Numbered from the whole stretch's first letter, positions 1 through 11,129 are shown. The stretch: DNA of 63,703 nucleotides, filler included, from Rhabdomonas costata (GCA_019059605.1; 30 parts of 30 records of this genome joined end to end with filler, not necessarily neighbours in it), one strand, 5' to 3'. The notes: generated from the letters alone by a model not told the origin. Numbers and translations: made by a program.

Positions 1-124
1 TTAACTTGGGATCCTTTTCGAGCCACAATTTTCGTTTTTTCTTTCGGGTGCAACTTTCCGGAACTCTTTTTTTGTTTCCACGGGTGGAGCACCGCTCTCC
101 CCGTTCCCTACTGTGGTGTGCACC

Positions 125-1561
125 ATGCTCCTGGACACCAGCTTGGCCAACCCTGTGGTGTGGTCCGATGTCTATCTCATTGGGGTTCCGCTGATCGACA
201 GTCAGGTCCTCCGCCTCTCCCTCCCTCCCTCCTCGACACGGAAAGATCAACCAGTTTTGGCGGCGGGGCGATCCATCGTGGTAATCATGATTTATGACTC
301 CCCACCCCCAGCTGGGTTTGCACAGTACCCCCCTCGCACGTCTGCACATTCGCTGATTGTTTGTTTTCCCACTTCAACTGCTGACCGCAACCCCAAACCC
401 ATTCTCGCGATTTTCTCGGTAGTTCCCGGTGGTGGTCATGACAACCATCGCTCCCTCAACCGTTTTGGTGTACTCACATCCTAACCCGACCACAGGAATG
501 CGGCCACGCAATGAGTTTACATTCGCTTTTTTCTGTTTCGCAGCACCGGCGGCTGTTTGCGTTGGTGGAGAGCCTGCGGCTGTCGTTTGTGCTGCGCAAG
601 GCGGACGCATTTGTGATGAAGACCCTGAAGGGGGTGCTGTCTTACTGCGCGGAGCACTTCGAGTCTGAGGAGCTGGTTGTTCCCCTAACTCTCAGCGTGG
701 CATTTGGGAATCGGCTCGATGGCTCTCCAACCGCCTGGTGGTTGGTCTAAATAAAATGCCTACTGTTCTCGACGTTTCAAGTGAGCAAGTGAGTTCTGGG
801 ATCATGGTTTGGGTTTCGTGGTCCAACCGAAATTGAGACTATCTTGCTTATGCATGTGTGCATTTGTTTGTTCCCTCTTTCCATGCTCGTACGCAGCTGA
901 TGCAGGTCGTGGGGTACCCCTCGTTCCGCTCCCACGTGGCGCAGCACCGCAGGTTCACTGCAGCCGCTCACGGGTACGTCGCTAGCTTTGAGCGCGGCGA
1001 GCTCAGCCCCGAGGAGCTCTTCAAAGTTCTACTGGACGTATGCCCAGGCCGTTATGTTCGTTCGCTGGTTTTTTCTTGCCCATGCTTGTCCTCTGAAACT
1101 ACCGCGCAACGCATTCTTTTCGCTTCATGTGGGTGTCCTCAGATCTTCTTATAGGGCCTACTGGGTGTGCACTGTAAGAGTGGTGTGGTATTAACAGAGT
1201 CAGACTCGTACGTATTGTACCCTGGGCGCCTACCACAATGCAACCGTACAACGGACTGGTGCACTTCCCTCGGTTGCCACCATCGTGCACACTTCGGCGA
1301 AATCACTTTGCTTCTCTTTTTCGCATACAGTATGCTTTTCCGCGGTATGGAAGTTTGTAAGCCGATTCTGGGCACGCGCAACAAGGACACTCCGCATGCT
1401 TGCGCCCTCCCACAACTCGATCACACAGTGGCTGGTGAGTCACGTGATGACGGTGGACGTAACCATTGCGCAGTACTGCGCCAGGTCTGCGGTGGACGTG
1501 GCGTCCATCGTAACGGTGTACGATCTGGTGAAGGCCATGGAGCGCGGCACAAGCACTGGCC
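125..1561 (+). CDS. Hemerythrin-domain protein, 5' part; exons 125-205, 544-675, 897-1037, 1429-1561 (gene continues)
   Basis: GT-AG splicing gives MLLDTSLANPVVWSDVYLIGVPLIDSQ|HRRLF...YCAEHFESEEL|LMQVVGYPSFRSHVAQHRRF...VLLD|WLVSHVMTVD. This has W-x3-Y-x2-G-x3-ID-x-QH plus HxxxE, HxxxH and HxxxxD di-iron ligand motifs, and all three internal junctions keep frame. Confidence 0.9.
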
Positions 1562-2027
1562 GTAAGTGCAACCTGCCCCCAGGCGTGTCCGGATACCGCT
1601 CTTTAACTTTCGATTTTTTCGTGGTGGCCTGAGACCAATCCGCATATTTGCATGGAACACTACCTCCGCCTTTTCGGCGGCGGCGACCTCGCCAGGGCAA
1701 CGCCGTGGCAAAAATGCATAGCGGTAGCGCACTTCTACATTTCACCCACATCTTCAGATGGAATATGTGACTTCCTTTTCGCCATCGCCCTTGCCACTTG
1801 CCAGCGCTGGTTGGTTTGCCACAGAGGCTGGACTGCGTGTGCTCCTTCTGACCACGCTGGCACTGTTCTGTGGCTTCGCCTTCTGGGGAGCGGGCTTGGG
1901 CTGCTTTGGCTTTGGTCCGGCCGCGTATGTTCTCGGCAGCCGCCAGCTCCCTTCACTTTCAAACTCAAACGATGGATGTTTTTCAACCTCTTCGAAACCA
2001 ACTATCAATGTTTGTAAACACACAACA

Positions 2028-2127
2028 NNNNNNNNNNNNNNNNNNNNNNNNNNNNNNNNNNNNNNNNNNNNTTAATTAATTAANNNNNNNNNNNNNNNNN
2101 NNNNNNNNNNNNNNNNNNNNNNNNNNN
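2028..2127. other. Artificial contig linker (44 N + TTAATTAATTAA + 44 N); first of 29 such linkers about every 2.12 kb, last at 61580-61679
   Basis: The same 100-nt block, with stops in all six frames, separates 30 contigs of nearly equal length. Confidence 0.98.
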
Positions 2128-2133
2128 GGGTGT

Positions 2134-4150
2134 TGTGGCATGCGGAGATAGTAAACTAAACCATGTTTCCAGTTTCCATCTTGGTGTTGTGGTGAAGAGC
2201 GCCACGGCCTTCATTGAATAATATGCGCAACAAAAAAACAGCATCTTGGCTATTGGATCTCACTGCTTGGCACATTTGCGAAAGGTAAGAACCACATATT
2301 GGTTGGCAATCAATGGGTCATCAGTCATATATAGGACCTCAACAAAGGTAACAAGTTAGTGGCACATTTGCGCGCACGGCCAATAAATCATGCGCGGTTG
2401 CATGCATTCAATTTATTATTGATTTACAGGAGTATTTTCGAGGTATCACAGATTCTTGATCAGCTCGTTTCTAGGACGCCTGGAATCTTGATGACAGCAA
2501 TATTATTACGACTCCATTCCAAAAATATAACTGACACTGTGTTTTAACTGACACTTTGTTTTTCTAAATGCCTAAGTTTCTAAGGACCTTCCTATCAACC
2601 TGTAAAAAATAGCCAAAAAGTACAATGAAATCGTGTACTACGCCATATATGAACGCCCTTGGCTTCTGGTTTCATGGAGTTAAGGGTCATGATACGGGAA
2701 GTTCCTCACGTCTGCTTAAAACCAGCTTGCACAACCACATGGTGGCGTGGATGGCAATTCTTTGCCCTTCAAACAGCGCCGCTAGTGGCATGCCAGCGCG
2801 TGGTCGCTGTGCAGCTCCTAAAGTACATTGTATGTTACATACACCTGCTTACATCACGATTGCGGACCAACCCCACACAGAAGATGCTGTGAAGAGGATG
2901 TCGAGGTTGACCCCTGACCGCCTCTTTGTCTACAACTGTGGTTGGACTTTTTTCTGCAAATTACATGCTACCTTTCCAATGTCCTGCTGTTTCTTCACTC
3001 GTTTTTTGTGTTGTTACAGTTTTTGTCCACCATTGTCATTTTTTATTCCTTGCGCACCGCCTGTTAGAGCGTAATGTTTCGATCATAGTCGTAGAAAAAG
3101 ATTCCACAGGATTGGGCATCTACAAGTGTAGTGGTTGCTACCATGCTATTCCAGGACCGTGTGGAGCGTATCGTGTGGGCCACAATTGGAAGTTGCAAGA
3201 GCTAGGTAATCGGTCCTACCCCACTATGTCGTTTGATGCGTGGTAGCAGATAGTTAAATTCAGTGGAAATCCAATGGGCGGTTTGCCACAAAAATATGGT
3301 GCCCTTCATTGTAAGCAACATTAATACCCACAAATTAAATGCTTAATTTTAACCACTTCGTCTTGCAAAGGCGTCAAGAGAAATTCTTTTTCGTGTCTGC
3401 AGAGCTTGCAAGCGCCTTCCAGCATCAGCACATTACCAAAATAGAGAACAACAGCTTGATATAATGCTGATCAACAACAGGGATGTAAATTGCAGAACCA
3501 ATTACACATGGCCTTCTTCTGCTATTTACGCATTCAGAAACACCATACCAACAATTTTGAACTTTTCCAGTGTGTAATGGCTAGCGCGAATTCTCAGAGC
3601 GACACTGTAATGTAACATACACACAGCGTGGGATATGCGCTTCTTTCCAAGAAAAACTCAGAAAAGTTACACCCAACACCATTTTATCACTTGTGGAGCT
3701 CAATTCTTGACCTCACGTTGCTTTTTCTGGGCTGTCCTTCACCTGTTCATGAAGATCTCGACATCCAAGCGTAAGACTGGATGGAAGAACTTAGTTTATT
3801 TCCAATAAGTAGTGCTGCATGACCAAGTTGCATCCTTCCTAGTCATATTCTTGAGGCCACACGCTGCAGTGCCTCGGGTCCCAGCTCTGATCTCCGCGAA
3901 GCTTTGGGCCGTCCTACCTCATAACTCTTCCAGTAATCTTGATGCATACAGCTTGCTTCAGTTCTCCAATAATGATGGTGGTATTTGACACATTTTTGTG
4001 GAAGACGTCTTCCGACGTCTAATTCGCAAAGTGTTGTTAAAGATGTGGCATGCGGAGATAGTAAACTAAACCATGTTTCCAGTTTCCATCTTGGTGTTGT
4101 GGTGAAGAGCGCCACGGCCTTCATTGAATAATATGCGCAACAAAAAAACA
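2134..4150. repeat. 107-bp direct repeat at both contig ends (2134-2240 = 4044-4150), unit length 1910 bp
   Basis: TGTGGCATGCGGAGATAG...ATATGCGCAACAAAAAAACA is identical at both ends. Confidence 0.92.
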
Positions 4151-4509
4151 ACACNNNNNNNNNNNNNNNNNNNNNNNNNNNNNNNNNNNNNNNNNNNNTT
4201 AATTAATTAANNNNNNNNNNNNNNNNNNNNNNNNNNNNNNNNNNNNNNNNNNNNGGGGTTTTTTCTTCTTGAAGACGTGGGGTGAGAGAAGGCACCCTGG
4301 CCTGTTGAGCGGTGGGCCAGTGACTCGGTGACTCACGGCACCCAACCTCCGCAAGTCCAGGTTTCGTCCCTTTTCTCTATTATTTTTCAGCTTTTCACAG
4401 CTCTTTCCATTAATTTGTTTCCAAGCAAATTCAGAACTGCTGCGGAGAAATTCAACGGTCCGACCGAAAAAAATGTCGGGAACGAGCGGTGATTGGGGGA
4501 AGGGGAAGG

Positions 4510-4836
4510 GAGTCTTGCCTGGGTGCTGTTGGCTCGACTGAAGTGCATAAACTGCACTGGGGTGCCACTGGGGTGGGCGTCGAGGCTGGGCTTAACACTT
4601 TTCATATAATCCGGAAGGTTTAGCGCCGACGTATAGAAGTCATGCAGGGTGAACGGTGTGAGCCGCGGTGCCGAAGGCGGGCCAGCAGGCACGGGAATAA
4701 TGGGACGCACAGGCTCCCCAGGGCATCCTGCGGGCTTGTGGCGCAAGCGCCCCGCAACAACGACGATCACTACACTGAGAAAAACCGACGCCACGCTGGC
4801 CAACCAGGCCACCGCAGGAGGAGGCGAGGAAAGCAT
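4510..4836 (-). CDS. Putative first exon of a type II membrane protein, function unknown (3' boundary approximate)
   Basis: MLSSPPPAVAWLASVASVFLSVVIVVVAGRLRHK: one hydrophobic anchor followed by a Pro-rich stem, with GC-rich codons. Confidence 0.35.
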
Positions 4837-6383
4837 TCACTCCTGGAAGCCCTTCCGGTTCATTTCAGACACGAAAATGGGAAGAGAGCTTTTCAAAAAC
4901 GGCTGCACACCACAAAAAAAAAGCAGGTAGTACCAACTCTGTAATGCACAGTGGGAGGGAGGGAGGGGTTCAGGCTGGGCTACTCACGGGTACGCGTGAG
5001 TGGAGTTACTCCTACATTGACACTTCAAGCACAACGGCCAAACAGTTCTGTTCTGTATAACAAACGAATTGCAATTAAGAAGGATGTTGCCATTGTGAAC
5101 TTCTTGAAGAAAGGCTTTGCGTGTCCCGCTGGAAAGGCTATTCCAGAAAATTGTGTGATGAAGCCCGCGAGCAGCGTAACTCTCAATCGTGCAAGGATTC
5201 TCTCTCCTCACCATAACATCTGATCCGTACAAGAAAGACAAACACCGAAGGTAACAGCGTCTTTTCTGCGTCCCATTTTGTGTGCTCCCTTGCTCCGCTC
5301 CAGCAGAGCCTATATGGCCAGCCAAAGTGCAGCCCAACAATCCCTCGGCAGTGAAAGGAAAGTGCCAGAGTTTTCGCCGAGACAGGCGGTTTGGGCAATC
5401 ACCCGGGGCCAACCCTGGGGATGTTGTGGTGCTCTGTGTTGCAAAAAAAAATACCGCAAGAGATGATAGAGAGAGAAAACGCATCAGAAGACAGAATGGA
5501 CTCTAGGATGAAAACAAAGAAGGTATTCCTCACCGCACCAGAAAGCAAGTGGGTTTCGGTGTGTTAGCTCTCGCTTGCATTTCAGTTAATAATGATTCCA
5601 AGGGAAACGACAGGGAGCACCTATCAGCACATTGATTCAGTCCTTACCGCGGAGGAAAGACCACGGGAAAATCAAAGCAAAACAAGGGGGGAGAATCGTC
5701 CAAAGGAGCTCAGGCACAATTTTTCAAAAGTCGACGAACGCTTGGCATGGGCAAGGTGCCAGGTGAGGAAGACCGGTTTCACGATTGATATAGCCGATGT
5801 ATCAAGGGGAAACACTGGCGACTCCGGAAATCTCCACAGACCTCCGCAGCGCAAAGAACACAACGACCGATGAGCTGAGGAACTAAATACGAGCACAGTA
5901 CACAAGCTCGCATGAATGAGCACGCGAAAAAACATCCACTAACTCTTTGAACTCATCCCTGCCACGTTATCACGTCAATGATGGCCCAGTGTCGTCTATG
6001 TGACCGCCAGGTAGACCTCTTCCAATACTTTCTCGGCCACCCTTTTGGGCGGAATTGCCAACTCATCCAACTCACGTCTATTCATGCCGAAATCCTGCAA
6101 ACGTTGCCCACGTACCAGTCATCGTGGACAGTTTGGCGTTGAGCTCATCGATGCTGTCCCGATAGGTCTTCGAGGCAACCTTCTTGTACCTCTCCGCGGC
6201 CTGCGACACCGCAGACGCGAAACTTGAGCTAAACGCTTAACCGGTATACCCCAACTGAAAACGCAGCGAGAACCAAAACCNNNNNNNNNNNNNNNNNNNN
6301 NNNNNNNNNNNNNNNNNNNNNNNNTTAATTAATTAANNNNNNNNNNNNNNNNNNNNNNNNNNNNNNNNNNNNNNNNNNNNTGG

Positions 6384-6646
6384 GTGTTTTACTTAATGCT
6401 AATATACGTTGATTTAGTATTTTAACTGTTATTTTATTACCATAATTTACATATGTCGCATCAAGATTAATTGTATATAACTGATTATCATTTAATTGCG
6501 ATATTAAATCTTTGATATTATTATCTAAATTTTGTTCATTTAATAAATTACGATTTGTGATCATTTTAACAATATTTGTAAGTACGTAATATCTTACGTT
6601 TTGTTTCATTATTAATTTCAACTGGTTCAAAAAGTTTCTGTTCCAT
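6384..6646 (-). pseudogene. Giant-virus-type RNA polymerase subunit RPB5-like N-terminus, frameshifted
   Basis: MEQKLFEPVEINNETKRKI, then a frame change near 6585 into VLTNIVKMITNRNLLNEQNLDNNIKDLISQ...KITVKILNQRI. It resembles the Mimiviridae RPB5 N-terminus as I recall it, and the start context is AAAATG. Confidence 0.55.
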
Positions 6647-6763
6647 TTTATATTTATTTGTTTTATTATATTTATTTGTTTTTTATATTATTTATTTTAT
6701 ATGTTACTATATTTACTATATATAGTAAGTATATAGTAAGTAGTATATACTACTACTATATAT

Positions 6764-6822
6764 TACTACTACTACTACTACTACTACTATATATTTTATA
6801 TATAGGGTTAGGGTTAGGGTTA
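6764..6822 (+). repeat. (TAC)n microsatellite followed by telomeric (GGGTTA)3 at 6805-6822
   Basis: Sequence reads ...TACTACTACTACTATATATTTTATATATAGGGTTAGGGTTAGGGTTA. Confidence 0.9.
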
Positions 6823-7046
6823 TGCCATTTAGTCATTAGATTATCATTTACATCTTCACTATTTTTATGTCTAAAGTATGATTTTCGTTTTGGACCATCT
6901 GCACATATTAATTCATGACCATGATTGCATAGTATATTTATTTTTTGATTTATATTCTTATAATTTTTGATATATTCTGTAATATGAATGATTTCATTAT
7001 TTATATATGCATACTGAGATTCAAAATTTTTATTGCATTTCTTCAT
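6822..7046 (-). pseudogene. Truncated NCLDV CoiA-like family gene (N-terminal part)
   Basis: LCNHGHELICADGPKRKSYFRHKNSEDV...MTKWH resembles the C-x2-GHEL...YFRH...MTxWH N-terminus of CoiA-like giant-virus proteins. The frame then runs into telomere repeats (NPNPNP) and microsatellite. Confidence 0.55.
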
Positions 7047-7128
7047 TTTTTATCTATCATAAAAAATAGTGTTCGTCTTTATACTTTTATATTTATGTTA
7101 TATTATTAAATAATGATACATAAAATTT

Positions 7129-7592
7129 TTAAAAAGTAAAAAGAAGAGAACCTAAACCATTAACGATTTGTAATACATTGTAATTTAATACATAAATTCG
7201 AACATCAAATAAGGATGAATTGGAAACCAGTGAATTAAAATTAATATTTAATGTATTCTTTTGTTATTTGCCCATATTTGAACATCCACTTGGTTGCATC
7301 TCTTCTGGATATAATGAAAATGAATATACATTTATACCTAATGTTGGTGTACTTGTATGAGATATATACGGCTGTACACAATTGTAATATAATGATGGCA
7401 AGTCAATAATACGATTATAACCATTGTAAAATAACGATGAACTTAATACTGGTTCTATTTCATTTGAAGATTATTGGAGCTCATTATTATGTGACATTTG
7501 TATATGAATTCATCATCATATAATTGTAATTGATCAATTAAATATTCATGTTTCGATTGCGCGAATTTTTTACGTTCCATACTATCTATATA
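7129..7592 (-). pseudogene. NCLDV major capsid protein (double jelly-roll) fragment with internal deletion, frameshift and premature stop
   Basis: Manual translation gives YIDSMERKKFAQSKHEYLIDQLQ (7592-7524). Another frame gives EPVLSSSLFYNGYNRIIDLPSLYYNCVQPYISHTSTPTLGINVYSFSLYPEEMQPSGCSNMGK*QKNTLNINF...RIYVLNYNVLQIVNGLGSLLFTF* (7455-7129), with in-frame TAA at 7264-7266. These match the MCP motifs ERRRFAQxxHEYLIEQLQ, VQPY..H...GINVYSF.L.PEE.QPSG and YNVLRI..G.GG. Confidence 0.92.
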
Positions 7593-7918
7593 TATAATTG
7601 AATAATTTTATTTAATTAGATGTTGTTTTGTATTAATATCAAGTATATTATTGTTAATATTTTCAAAAAAAAATAATGTTCATTTAAGGTTTATTTTTCT
7701 TTAATTCTAAATATTTTGATTTGTATTTTAAATATTAATTTTAGATCCTATTGTCGATAATATATCATTAATTTTACTTTCAACTTCTATTATTTTCTGC
7801 ACATTTTTATCAAATATATTTAATTTAAATGTTATAGTACCATGTCCATCAGGTGACATTGCTAGTGCAGTATGATCTACTAAATCTTTATATTGTTTGT
7901 ATAAATATATTAATTTAA

Positions 7919-8405
7919 TTATATTAATTTACAATCTTCTAATGTTGTATAATCAGACATTGATATACGTATGATTTTATTTGAATAACTGGGATTAATT
8001 TTCATAGATGCTAAAACATGTGACAAATCACCAGCATGACAGGCACTACCTACAGATACATAAATATTATATTCACTTAATCTTGCAACTAATGTTTTAT
8101 TACACATTTTAAGATCTTCAAATATGACAGCTATTGTATTATCCATAGAATTACGTTTATAAGGACCAACAATCAACACATTAAAATTATTTAATTCACG
8201 TAATAACCAAAATTTTAATTTACGAACTTTACTATTTGTTTTATCTCTGTCTATATGAACTTTCTCAAATGCTTTTGTTAATCCAGATATATACCCAACA
8301 TGGTGTTCCTGGACGTAATCCATTTTCTATCGAACTACCAATACGATCTGGATTATTCGATTCATAATGTTTAAAAATATTAAGAACACTTGGATGTTCA
8401 AATGA
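7919..8405 (-). pseudogene. NifS/IscS-like cysteine desulfurase, internally deleted and frameshifted
   Basis: SFEHPSVLN (8405-8379) is followed about 20 codons later by ENGLRPGT (8327-8304). After a frameshift near 8302 come VGYISGLTKAFE...IYVSVGSACHAG...SHVLASM...IIRISMSDYTT. The catalytic GSAC is present but the PLP-lysine segment is missing. Confidence 0.85.
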
Positions 8406-10912
8406 ANNNNNNNNNNNNNNNNNNNNNNNNNNNNNNNNNNNNNNNNNNNNTTAATTAATTAANNNNNNNNNNNNNNNNNNNNNNNNNNNNNNNNNNNNNN
8501 NNNNNNTTGTTGTGGGGGACGATGGTGACGCCGTTGTGCAGGTAGGCGCCGGGTGGAGGTGCAGGGCCGAGGATGGGAGGGGAAGGGCAAAGGCCCGTCA
8601 TTTTGGCGCAAAACAAGGCAAGACACAGGCCAGTGAGAAGGACGATGTAAAGGATATACTTTGACACACCGGCCTTTGAGATGTGGTGCAGCGGATGCAA
8701 TGATTGCATACTTCCTCTGGAAAGTCAGGGCAGCCTTAAGTTGTGGCAGATGCGATGATTACGTTAATTACCTTTTTGTGCAGAAACCATTACCTTGTGT
8801 GTTTACTTCGTTTATCTCTTTTGTCTTTGTTCCCGGGCTTTATATTCATACTGCCTGTTAACCATGAAACTCGATTGCCAACACCATTTGTGCTGTGATG
8901 TCAACCAAGGATGTCCTTACAGACAACCTTACACAGCCTTACAGATAGAGGTGAACACTTGTCACCAAGTGAGTTGCAGGGACCATTTGACAACGACCAC
9001 GAGGGAAACTGCACCCTGTAATAGGGTGGAAGACCCATTGGAACCACTAACATGTCTACTGCCTCAAACCGATCGGTGTGTGGAAACGTCGGTTGAAAAC
9101 CAACCACGAACAGCTTTTTGCAGCATTGCAACTTCGACGTCATCCCAACGCATCCTCCCACTTACAGAAAGGCACACCCTGATTTCGAGGGACACTGCAG
9201 CGTGCAGAGGAAAGATGGAAGAGAACTGACAATGAGCTCACGTTATACGCACACGTCACGAAGTCTATACCTACAATACACCGTGAAATTAGACACACTC
9301 GACATGACATATAAGCCATAACCTTAACTTGAAAAGTCCCCCGCGCGGTGCTGGCCATTCAGGTAGGAGACTAGGAGGGGCCATCCAAGCATGGCCAAGT
9401 ACAGGATTGCGAGGGGGTAGAATGCAGCCGCAAACACTGTGAAGGAAACAACTCAAAATGAACGCGAGAAAGGTCGGTAAACCAAGCTCTGCCTCCAAGG
9501 GTTATTAAGGCACCGGAACGCGAAACCCTTCCCGTGAAAACTGCTGTTCACACCCAGAAACCATTCAATCACAACAAAGGACGGTGAGTCACACACTATC
9601 ACACACTATCCAAAACGCAGGCAAGAACAAGGGATAGGAAGATTGTCCTATACACGCCACCAAAAACATAGACCGCCGACTTATTGCAGTGGCTACTCGA
9701 CGCTGGGTATGGTGTGGTTGAGATGCAGGAAAGGCGTCGGTGTGGACGCGAAGCAGAGTACGTGCCCGTCATCCTGGGTGGGTGCTTGGCGGAGCAAAAA
9801 AACTATGGAAATTCGAGAGAATACGCAAAAAAGCACACCCAAGTGGGCCTGGGAAGACCGCCAGTGTGGAATCTAAGAAAAGAAAATGGATAGGAAGCGC
9901 CTCCCTATAAAAGAGGCCACCACACATGGAAGAGGGAGGAGTATGAGAAACAAAACTTGACCTGGTGCTTATTTCACAACATTGAATATGAGCAACAGTG
10001 CAACAGCACACGGATCAGAACTTGTGCCTGTCACACTGATTAAAAAAGCAAGGTCGAGAAAATCACTTTTTTCAAAAAAAAAAAAGGGATAGAGACGCCC
10101 CTGGGAAGATATGGATATGGATGATAGGATATGGGAACGATGATGCACTATCCATTGAATAACTCATCGGCACCGAGGGTACGTTGATTTCATCACCTTT
10201 CTCTTGCCAGGCGAGGGCGACTGAGGTGCCGCAGTCGAAGCATGCTGGATTCGACGAGCACCGTGGAGAAACTCCATCTCCAAGTCCCGGCGCTCGGAGT
10301 TCTCGAGTGTAACCACAAACCTTCGGGTAAATTCTCCCTCCACTGCCAGGTCCGCGAGAAGGGCCTCCAGAAGGCCTCCCTGAAAGAAGCCACGTCACCG
10401 GAAACACATCCGTACCCATTGACAACCTACGACGCGCTTCAGAGTTCACGGCATTCATTATTCTCATGCTACTCTCAGCCCGGTTCAATACGCAGGCGCA
10501 GATCAGATGCTTACCCCGGAACACCACCCACNNNNNNNNNNNNNNNNNNNNNNNNNNNNNNNNNNNNNNNNNNNNTTAATTAATTAANNNNNNNNNNNNN
10601 NNNNNNNNNNNNNNNNNNNNNNNNNNNNNNNAGGGTGGAGAAGAAGAGAGTGGGCCTCTGCTCCTTCTCCCCCCAGATTTAAAGGACTTTGGAATGCGTC
10701 CTTTGTAGGGGGCGGGGGTGAAAACTGTGCGTTGTTGTACCCCTTTTTCAGTATGCGCGTTCATGCTTGTTTTTCATTTTGCGGGCTTCCCATCCGGTTC
10801 ATGTCACAACACATACACTGTAATGCTCGCGTCGTGCTCTGTTTATTTCCATTGTTGACTCACTAGTATGTTTGCGCGTTTGTGATTTGCTTGCTTGTCA
10901 GTATTTGTGAAA

Positions 10913-10983
10913 GGTAATGAGGAGACCGACAGAATCGCTTCGGGCTGAATCTCCCTCGCGTAGTTAACGAAAAGGCTGAAATC
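10913..10983 (+). ncRNA. Box C/D snoRNA guiding LSU rRNA 2'-O-methylation
   Basis: C-like box ATGAGGA at 10917-10923, guide CAGAATCGCTTCGGG at 10930-10944, D' CTGA at 10945-10948 and D CTGA at 10976-10979. The guide is antisense to CCCGAAGCGATTCTG, a variant of the conserved LSU segment GGAGGCTCGTAGCGGTTCTGACG. Confidence 0.7.
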
Positions 10984-11129
10984 TGGCCAGTGATAAACCT
11001 CGGTTTACATTTCCGAAAGCCAGAAAGTCAGAGATTCGGAGTGTTCACATCTCCATGTAAGGTTCCATAGCTAAATGGCAATGGCCGCTGAGTTCCACTT
11101 CTTGTCCCGCTCACCGCCCGACGCTCCGG

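Noticed and set aside
3667-3680. GGTGTTGGGTGTAA (minus strand) as kinetoplast minicircle CSB-3
   Set aside because: It differs from GGGGTTGGTGTA, I saw no CSB-1/2, and it also resembles the amplification primer composition.
7264-7266. TAA reassignment (ciliate-like code) in the viral contig
   Set aside because: The same genes also have frameshifts and deletions, TAA ends the MCP at its expected C-terminus, and the stop sits where a hydrophobic residue is expected.
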